The notes below the pieces were generated by a model. That model had not been told where the DNA came from, did not search any database, and saw nothing but the letters and a program-made list of their open reading frames with translations. Made by a program: the position numbers and the translations under genes. Shown here in pieces: positions 54,824-61,269 of a stretch of 62,945 nt of DNA (position 1 is its first letter; each line of letters starts with the position of its first letter). Origin of the DNA: Candidatus Omnitrophota bacterium (lineage in GTDB: Bacteria > Omnitrophota > Gorgyraeia > 2-01-FULL-45-10). Where the stretch lies: assembly GCA_041650935.1 (NCBI GenBank), contig JBAZKH010000009.1:1-62945 (forward strand), written 5' to 3'.

Positions 54824-55396
54824 ATGACGAAAAACGTTTATATAATCGCTGGGCCGAACGGATCGGGTAAAACAACATTTGCGACTATGTTTTTGCCTGA
54901 TTATGTTAAGTGCCCGAACTTTGTGAATGCCGACCTGATCGCTCAAGGGCTGGCGCCGTTTGAACCTCGTAGTGCGGCCATTAAGGCTGGGAAGCTTGTT
55001 CTGCAGCAAATTCATGAATTTGCTGAACACGGTGTTGATTTTGCTTTTGAAACAACGCTATCCGGGAAATCTTATGTAAATCTACTTTCCGCGTTAAAGG
55101 CGAAAGGTTATGGGCTGCATTTGTTTTTCTTATGGATTCCCAGTCCGGAATTGGCAATAGAACGTATTAAAGATAGGGTAAGAGAGGGTGGGCATAATGT
55201 GCCTGCCGAAGACGTCCGACGCCGGTTTATCCGCGGTATCAATAATTTTTTTAAATTGTATGAGTCATTGTTTGACACCTGGACGTTGTTCGATAATTCC
55301 AGGGCAAAACCTGTATTGATAGCGAAGAGAAAAAATGGCCACAAGGAATTTAACAATGAAGAATTGTTCAAAATGATACAAAAAGGCGCGAGGTAA
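54824..55396 (+). CDS. zeta-toxin-family P-loop kinase-like protein
   Basis: 190 aa with Walker A IIAGPNGSGKTTF, FVNADLIA and ETTLSG, as in zeta/PezT-like and related AAA kinases. Confidence 0.8.
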   Translation: MTKNVYIIAGPNGSGKTTFATMFLPDYVKCPNFVNADLIAQGLAPFEPRSAAIKAGKLVLQQIHEFAEHGVDFAFETTLSGKSYVNLLSALKAKGYGLHLFFLWIPSPELAIERIKDRVREGGHNVPAEDVRRRFIRGINNFFKLYESLFDTWTLFDNSRAKPVLIAKRKNGHKEFNNEELFKMIQKGAR

Positions 55397-55399
55397 CAA

Positions 55400-55552
55400 A
55401 TGAAAAAAAGAATGTCTTTACAAGATAAAGCCGAAGCGGCACTAAAGAAGGCGGTGAGGCAGGTTGTGGAACGGCATAAAAAAACCGGCCGTTCACTTGC
55501 CGTATGGCAGAACGGTAAAACCGTTCGTATCTCTCCAAATACAGTTAGGTAG
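55400..55552 (+). CDS. small basic protein (50 aa), possible partner of the zeta-like kinase
   Basis: MKKRMSLQDKAEAALKKAVRQVVERHKKTGRSLAVWQNGKTVRISPNTVR. ATG lies 3 nt after the kinase stop. It is below the ORF-track cut-off. Confidence 0.4.
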   Translation: MKKRMSLQDKAEAALKKAVRQVVERHKKTGRSLAVWQNGKTVRISPNTVR

Positions 55553-55668
55553 ATGGGAATGGGATATCAAGCGATATTTCAAGTCGAGCGCGCCTTCTTC
55601 GGTAAAATGCTATAACTAGCTGTGCTGTAGGCTGTTGTGAGACTCGACTGCTGTCTCGTTTGGAACGT

Positions 55669-55775
55669 CATGTACCACTCGCGTTTGCCCGTAGGTGGTA
55701 CATGCCCTATACCGGAGTAAAAACGAAGTTTTTACGACTGGTATAGGGCAAACGCTCGGGTACATGGCACGGCCA
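55669..55775 (+). repeat. clamp-type structured element 5' of the second GIY-YIG gene (homologous to 12321-12378)
   Basis: catgtacc-actc-[gcgtttgccc ... ccctatacc..agtaaaaac gaa gtttttac..ggtataggg caaacgc]-tcg-ggtacatg-gcacggcca. The flanks match the tRNA-Val-linked copy. Confidence 0.8.
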
Positions 55776-55817
55776 TGAACCAGCTACATATTTTATATTT
55801 AGACCAAAGTAACATTT

Positions 55818-56075
55818 ATGTATTACGTTTATGTCTTATTGAGCGAGAAAGATAAAAACTTTTATATAGGGTTTACTGAGAATATAGAGCAGCGTCTCGA
55901 CGAGCATAATGCCGGTAATAATGTAAGTACCAGATCAAGACGGCCCTTTAGCCTTATATATTACGAAGGTCATGCTTCAAAATCCGATACTTTGCGGAGA
56001 GAGGGATATTTTAAGACTTCAAAAGGCAAGACGACTCTGAGGCAGATTCTGAAAGACGCATTATCAAAAAAATAA
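55818..56075 (+). CDS. small GIY-YIG nuclease-domain protein (catalytic domain only)
   Basis: 85 aa with YYVYVLLSEKDKNFYIGFT, RLDEHN and a conserved Glu in RREGYFK. Confidence 0.8.
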   Translation: MYYVYVLLSEKDKNFYIGFTENIEQRLDEHNAGNNVSTRSRRPFSLIYYEGHASKSDTLRREGYFKTSKGKTTLRQILKDALSKK

Positions 56076-56185
56076 CCCAACCAATTGCTTCTTACGCAAA
56101 AAAGCACCTGATTTAATCTCTCGCAGAAAAACAGCCGATTCCGCCACTTTTGCCTCTCTTTATCTCTGGTTTACCCATAAAAAAA

Positions 56186-56224
56186 GAAGCTACCGCTAAT
56201 AAGGCGGTGGAGCTTCACTTTTTG
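56186..56224. terminator. bidirectional terminator-like hairpin
   Basis: An upstream A-tract (aaaaaaa), stem gaagctaccgc / gcggtggagcttc, then actttttt. Confidence 0.55.
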
Positions 56225-56406
56225 GGTGGTTTAGTGGATTTTAGTGCAGTTTTTGCGGTATTTGCGGTTTAAAATGTCTTGATCAATTTTATCAGCTTAT
56301 CGAGCTTCTCTTCGATTTCTGTGGTCGTCAAAGTAGAAGGCAAGGATTATTATTTGGCGCTAGCCGGAAACCATAACGAGGGACTTCCACAAAAAATTCG
56401 CAGCAG

Positions 56407-56874
56407 TTACTTCAGCGCGTCGACCTTGACGGAGAATTTCGTACCGCGGACACCGACTACAGAGGTAGGGGTCTTCACTTCGAACTTCGAATCGGGCGTG
56501 TCCAATTTTTCCGCTTTGATAAGGACCTGTCCGATAGATAAATCTAGCAGGGTCTTCTTCATTCCCGTCGTGCTGTCTTTTACAAGCGTAGCGAACGAGA
56601 CGAGAGATTTTTCGCTTACATCGACGATAGCGGTCTTGCTGTCACCATCCACATTTACTACGGCCTTTGAGCGGGGGCCTGTCTTGATAAAAAAACCTTC
56701 ATTTAATTGATCGCCAACCTTTGCCGGAGCCCACGCGCCCGGGCCGGCGCCTTTTACCATTACCTCGCCGCTTATTTCGCTGATCGCGGCCGTACGCTTT
56801 AACTCCGCCGAAAAAGAGACGGACGCGATGAGCGCTATCAATGCCGTTACACATAATGTATTGGATATCCGCAT
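56407..56874 (-). CDS. FecR-domain secreted protein
   Basis: 155 aa from MRISNTL with a signal peptide. It shows the GEVMVKG...W.PAKVGDQL.EG..I.TG..S.A pattern of the FecR domain. Confidence 0.75.
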   Translation of the reverse strand: MRISNTLCVTALIALIASVSFSAELKRTAAISEISGEVMVKGAGPGAWAPAKVGDQLNEGFFIKTGPRSKAVVNVDGDSKTAIVDVSEKSLVSFATLVKDSTTGMKKTLLDLSIGQVLIKAEKLDTPDSKFEVKTPTSVVGVRGTKFSVKVDALK

Positions 56875-56932
56875 ATTTTGCACCTCGTTGTAAATATACA
56901 GCAGGAATACAAAAAAGTCAAGCCAACCCATT

Positions 56933-56981
56933 TTCTTTCCGGGATAAATTTTATCCCGGATAAAATGGATCCCGGAAAGAA
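56933..56981. repeat. 13-bp inverted repeat
   Basis: ttctttccgggat ... atcccggaaagaa, with an internal third copy of atcccgg. Confidence 0.8.
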
Positions 56982-56988
56982 GGTAATA

Positions 56989-57167
56989 GATTAGCGCGGA
57001 GAAATTCTCCCGACGTAGGGGAGGTTTAAACCTCCCCTACGTCCTCGTTGGGATACTTCTTTACGCTAATGAAGGAGGTAACAATTTAGCCAAAAGAAGC
57101 TCTCCGTCGTAGCCGACATTTAAATGTCGGCTACAATATCGTCGGGCAACTTCTCTATGCTAATCTA
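56989..57167. repeat. 179-bp composite palindromic element (two subunits)
   Basis: Outer inverted repeat tagattagc/gctaatcta. Subunit 1 carries the perfect 32-nt palindrome gacgtaggggaggtttaaacctcccctacgtc (57012-57043). Subunit 2 carries the 26-nt palindrome gtagccgacatttaaatgtcggctac (57109-57134). Each subunit ends in gctaat..gaaggag. Confidence 0.8.
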
Positions 57168-57328
57168 TTACTGAAGGAGAGTGCGGTTAGACATGAAAAA
57201 GCTAGATCTAAGGCATTGTATTACGTTAAATATATGATATACTTCTGTTAGACCAATGAACGAGAGCATTTCATTGGATATTTTTTGAGCGATTAATAAA
57301 CGTCTTTAAAAAGTTGCAGGTGATAATT

Positions 57329-57745
57329 ATGAATGCTCAAAAAATAATAATGCCTATAGCGGTAATTATTCTGACGGCTATACTTTTATTCGGAGACAAA
57401 CCCCTGGCTACCGCTATCGTAAGCCATGACGGCACAAGAATTATTACAAAGGCGGGCGTCGCAAGTTACTATTCCTATGAATGTGCCGATCTCCCCATGG
57501 CAAATGGAAAGCCGTTCGATCCCGAAAAAAGAACTTGCGCGAGCTGGTTCTATAAATTTGGTACGGTCCTTATCGTTAGGAGCCTCGATACGGGCAGGAC
57601 GACAAAGGTAGTAGTGACCGATAGGGGGCCGAACAAGAGGCTCGTCAAAGAAGGCAGGATCATCGACCTCTCCAAGAGAGCTTTTCAGGATATCTGCGGT
57701 CTGGAAAAGGGCCTTACAAGGGTCGTTGTCGCGGTTAAAAAGTGA
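57329..57745 (+). CDS. rlpA: RlpA-family (double-psi beta-barrel) lytic transglycosylase-like protein
   Basis: 138 aa with GVASYYS...MANGKPFD...CASW...GT...V....GRT..V.VTDRGP. AGGTGA SD lies 5 nt before ATG 57329. No SPOR domain. Confidence 0.8.
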   Translation: MNAQKIIMPIAVIILTAILLFGDKPLATAIVSHDGTRIITKAGVASYYSYECADLPMANGKPFDPEKRTCASWFYKFGTVLIVRSLDTGRTTKVVVTDRGPNKRLVKEGRIIDLSKRAFQDICGLEKGLTRVVVAVKK

Positions 57746-57921
57746 TTTTTCCCTCCAGGATCTTCATTTCATCTTCATTTCGACTTCCGCTTGACTTCCA
57801 CTCAATTTATGGTGTAAAATAAAATACAAATTAGATAAGATAGTCCCTTGCGCGCGGGACTTAAATAGCGGCGTCTCGGGATGGTTTGTCCGCAGTAAAC
57901 AATAACAAATCAGAGGATTAT

Positions 57922-58242
57922 ATGCTCGATTCAGGCCTTGCCAACATTACCATGTTTTTTGTGATCATAGGAATAAGCCTTATCTTCGTCGTTGCCTGGA
58001 TAATCAAATCGGAAGCGCGGATAAATGCGTGCAAAGACGAAGCAAGAAAGCTTAAGAATGATCTCGAAGCCTCGGAAAGAGAACGCTTCGTTCTTTCGGA
58101 GAAGATCGCTAACGCCGTTGCGATGAGCGTGCCGGTAGATGACGGGGCTATTGTCGCGCTCAAAGAAGAGAATAAGAGGCTGAAGAAAGAACTTTCGGAG
58201 GCGCGGTCCTCACTGGAAGAAGTCTACAAGGCCCTCAGTTAA
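57922..58242 (+). CDS. bitopic coiled-coil protein (FtsB/DivIC-like architecture)
   Basis: 106 aa from ATG 57922 (GAGGA SD). One N-terminal TM segment followed by a heptad-rich K/E/L segment. Confidence 0.55.
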   Translation: MLDSGLANITMFFVIIGISLIFVVAWIIKSEARINACKDEARKLKNDLEASERERFVLSEKIANAVAMSVPVDDGAIVALKEENKRLKKELSEARSSLEEVYKALS

Positions 58243-58256
58243 AGACGAAATTAAAG

Positions 58257-59876
58257 ATGGAAATAAGCGAAATAAAAAAGAAGATAATGGAGAGGATCGA
58301 AGACGAAAAGTCCAAGACCTCCCGCAAGAAGAAGCCTCTCACGCTGGACAGCCTGTCCGCCAAGATAGGAAAACCCAAAGAAGAGCTCCTCAGGATCCTT
58401 AATAAGACCGATGACGAGCCAGCCGTATCTCTTGAGCCGGTAGTTCCGGTTAAGAGCGACGCTGTCCCCGGAGAAGCCGAAGGTTACCAGGTAAGGCTCG
58501 AGAACCTCGAAGAAGAGAACCTCAAACTTAAGAAGGTTAAGGAGGAAGCGCGCTTCAAGAGCGATAACCTTCTGAACCAGATAGCGGAGAAGGATAAAGC
58601 AATAGCCGACCTGCAAAAAAAGCTTGCCAGCGAATCGATAAGTATCATTAAAGACAGCGAAAAAGAAAAATCTCTCATAAATACGGCAATAGAAAAATCT
58701 ATCGCGGAATACCGCGCCAAGCTTGCGGATCTCGAGGAGGAGAATAGTAAGCTTAAGGACCGGCATGCCGCGGAATCGAAGAATAACGAAGATATATTCT
58801 TCCAGATAGCGGAGAAGGATAAGGAGATAGCCGCGCTGAAAAAGAAGTTCCAGGAAGAGGCCGGCGAGCTTGAGAAGACCAAGAAACTGAAGAAACTGCA
58901 TGAGGACGCGCTGAAGCAGAACGACAGCCTGCTGATACGGCTGGAAGAGAAAGATAAAGAACTGGTGGTCCTCGAGAAGAGGCTGGAGGAAGCGCACGGT
59001 CATACTAAGAAGGCTAAAGACAGCGAAAAGTCGCTCGAGGAAAAACTGGCGGAGAAAGAGAAGGCCGCATCGAACGTCGAGGGCCTGAGGTCTAAAATAT
59101 ACGCGGCCACTAAAGAGATCAAGGAACAAGCCGCGCGTATCCTGCAGCTGGAAGAGATGGTGAAGAACAGGGAGAAGAAATTTGCGGAGAGCGACAAGGC
59201 GCTTAAGAAGACGGAGAAGGAAAGAGACGACCTAATCGTAAAGCTCCAGGCATCGGAAGAGTCGAGGAGGTCGATGGACGAGAAGATTAAGAATATCAGT
59301 GTCGAGATAGAAGCGAAAGATAAGAAAGTAACCGAGGCGGAAAAATTCTATAATAAGAATATGTCGGTTGCTAAGAAAGAGATGGAACTCCACGTGCAGG
59401 CCATCGAAAGGTCGAAGAAGACGCTCGAAGGCAAGATAGCTCAGCTTAATATAGAACTCGACGCGAAGAATAAGAGGATAGAGGAGACGGAGGAGTCCAA
59501 CAGGGAACTCGATAACCTGGTAAAAGAGTCGGCCGTGAAGCTGCAGAGTATCGAAGGCGCAAAGGGCGACATAGAAGAGAGGCTCAAGCAGATCGAAGTC
59601 GAGCTTACGAAGATGGTTACGGTACGTCAGAATGACAAGGCCGCCGCCGAGGAGAATATCACAACGCTCAAGTCCGAAATGGAAGCGCTTGCTACCGTTA
59701 TAAAAGACAAGGAAAAGTGCGAAGAAGAGCTTAAGGATAATGTCATGCGTCTAGAGGCGGAGATCGAAGCGCGCGACAAGAAGATACAGTCGGATATAAA
59801 ATATTGCGAAGGCGTCGTAAAGGAAGTAAACGACCTCAGACAAAAGATAAAGGCTTATCGCCTTAAAGTGAAATAG
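58257..59876 (+). CDS. 539-aa K/E-rich coiled-coil protein with a basic N-terminal peptide
   Basis: Almost uninterrupted heptad character. N-terminus MEISEIKKKIMERIEDEKSKTSRKKKP. Motif QIAEKDK(A/E)IA(D/A)L(Q/K)KK occurs twice. Confidence 0.75.
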   Translation: MEISEIKKKIMERIEDEKSKTSRKKKPLTLDSLSAKIGKPKEELLRILNKTDDEPAVSLEPVVPVKSDAVPGEAEGYQVRLENLEEENLKLKKVKEEARFKSDNLLNQIAEKDKAIADLQKKLASESISIIKDSEKEKSLINTAIEKSIAEYRAKLADLEEENSKLKDRHAAESKNNEDIFFQIAEKDKEIAALKKKFQEEAGELEKTKKLKKLHEDALKQNDSLLIRLEEKDKELVVLEKRLEEAHGHTKKAKDSEKSLEEKLAEKEKAASNVEGLRSKIYAATKEIKEQAARILQLEEMVKNREKKFAESDKALKKTEKERDDLIVKLQASEESRRSMDEKIKNISVEIEAKDKKVTEAEKFYNKNMSVAKKEMELHVQAIERSKKTLEGKIAQLNIELDAKNKRIEETEESNRELDNLVKESAVKLQSIEGAKGDIEERLKQIEVELTKMVTVRQNDKAAAEENITTLKSEMEALATVIKDKEKCEEELKDNVMRLEAEIEARDKKIQSDIKYCEGVVKEVNDLRQKIKAYRLKVK

Positions 59877-60697
59877 TGACAACGACCTCTGCCAAGCGAC
59901 AGCTGTTCCTGAATTATAAAGGCGGTACCGGGAAGACGAGCATATCTTCCGCATATGGTTACTGTCTCGCCCATATGGGCAAACGCGTACTGATGATAGA
60001 CCTCGACGCTCAGGCGCATCTTACCACATGCCTGAACCAGGAGGGGTTATACCAGGACAAGAGCCTTTACAGCATCATGGTAGGCGGCGGCGATATAACC
60101 GATATTATAAGGCCCACATCACTTGCTTCGATGAAATTGATCCCGTCATCTCTTTCTCTTTCCGCCCTCGAAGTCCCGCTCTTTAAGATGCACCTGAGGG
60201 AATTCAGACTGCGGCAGATACTTAAGAGCGTAGAAAAAGATTTTGATTATATTATCATCGATTCCGCGCCGAGTATAAACCTGTTGAGCCTGAACGCTAT
60301 CCTCGCCTCCAACGAAATATTGATACCGCTCCTGGCCGACTTCCTTTCGTTCCACGGTCTCAAGATACTTATGGAGACGCTCGCCTCTATCGAGAAAGAC
60401 TTTAACTTTTACCTCGGCAAGATACATATATTCCTGAACCGCTTCAACCCGCAGTATCCCATATGCGGCGAGTGTAAAGAAGCCGTCCATAAGTTCTATC
60501 CGGACTATGCTCTTCAAACCGCTATAAGCGAATCGCACGAAATCATTGATGCCTCCAGCATGGGAAAGTCCGTCTTCGAACTGCACCCCGAGTCGAAAGT
60601 CGCCTCGGATATAATGGACCTGGTATACGAAGTCAATAAGGAAAATTTAGACGAAACAGTCAAAAAGGGAGGCTTAAGCAATGAAGGAAAAATTTGA
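59876..60697 (+). CDS. ParA/MinD-family P-loop ATPase (orphan)
   Basis: 273 aa with deviant Walker A NYKGGTGKTS, MIDLDAQ and Walker B YIIIDSAPS. The GTG start shares one base with the TAG stop of the upstream coiled-coil gene. Confidence 0.88.
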   Translation: MTTTSAKRQLFLNYKGGTGKTSISSAYGYCLAHMGKRVLMIDLDAQAHLTTCLNQEGLYQDKSLYSIMVGGGDITDIIRPTSLASMKLIPSSLSLSALEVPLFKMHLREFRLRQILKSVEKDFDYIIIDSAPSINLLSLNAILASNEILIPLLADFLSFHGLKILMETLASIEKDFNFYLGKIHIFLNRFNPQYPICGECKEAVHKFYPDYALQTAISESHEIIDASSMGKSVFELHPESKVASDIMDLVYEVNKENLDETVKKGGLSNEGKI

Positions 60698-61256
60698 AGC
60701 CAATGTGGCAACGGAGATACCAAAGACCAAATTGCACGAGCCGGTATTGCCATGGAAGCTGACGCAGGATGAGGTGGCCCAGATCGGCCCCCAGGACGAT
60801 GAATTAAAGATCGCTATGACGGGAGCATCGCCGCTTAAAACGCGGGCGCCGTTTCTTATAGCGCTTATCGTCGCAATTTTTGTCCTGACCGCCTACCTGA
60901 TATTGAACGCGGCTATGGAGAACGAGCGGATGCGCGGTAATATTGCAAGGAAGGACGGAGAACTCTCTCTCGCGCAGATAAATGTGATGAAAGCCCTTGC
61001 CGAGAAAGATGCCGTCAATAAAAGTTCCTCACAACTGGAAAAAAAGATCAGTGACCTGACCGCGCAAAAACAACTTTTCGCCAGCGTAATAGAAAGCCTG
61101 ACAAAGAAAGGCGAGGATATAGATACGCCTGCGCCCGCGAGTATTTTGATCAATAACCCCGCCGGCAGCGCGGCCGGCGATAGCGCTATTCCTGCGCCTG
61201 CTCCCGGCGAGACATCGCCCGCGGCCGATACCACCGGCGCCGGCGCTGCAAACTAA
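60681..61256 (+). CDS. bitopic protein with coiled coil and Pro/Ala-rich tail
   Basis: 191 aa. GGGAGG SD inside the ATPase 3' end (17-nt overlap). Central TM segment APFLIALIVAIFVLTAYLILNAA, then a coiled coil and a PAPAPGETSPAAD tail. Confidence 0.65.
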   Translation: MKEKFEANVATEIPKTKLHEPVLPWKLTQDEVAQIGPQDDELKIAMTGASPLKTRAPFLIALIVAIFVLTAYLILNAAMENERMRGNIARKDGELSLAQINVMKALAEKDAVNKSSSQLEKKISDLTAQKQLFASVIESLTKKGEDIDTPAPASILINNPAGSAAGDSAIPAPAPGETSPAADTTGAGAAN

Positions 61257-61269
61257 CGAGAAAATCTAT

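Noticed and set aside
57194-57238. 14-codon ORF (MKKLDLRHCITLNI) after the second gaaggag of the palindromic element
   Set aside because: It is too short, the SD spacing is about 12 nt, and nothing can be assessed for conservation. It is probably fortuitous.
58251-59129. 292-aa minus-strand ORF antisense to the coiled-coil gene, and similar long antisense ORFs (for example 8224-9150, 5767-6486, 6591-7337, 21127-21903, 31647-32540, 47665-48375 and 56279-56710)
   Set aside because: These are shadow ORFs opposite strongly supported genes. Their products are low-complexity or Arg/Leu-rich with no motifs, and each overlaps a confident CDS along its entire length.
59876-60697. ParA-like ATPase as BcsQ (cellulose), TadZ/CpaE (Tad pilus), FlhG or chromosomal Soj
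   Set aside because: No bcsA/B, tadA/rcp, flhF or parB genes lie in the flanking 5 kb on the visible side. There is no N-terminal receiver-like domain as in TadZ. Genes beyond the contig end cannot be excluded.
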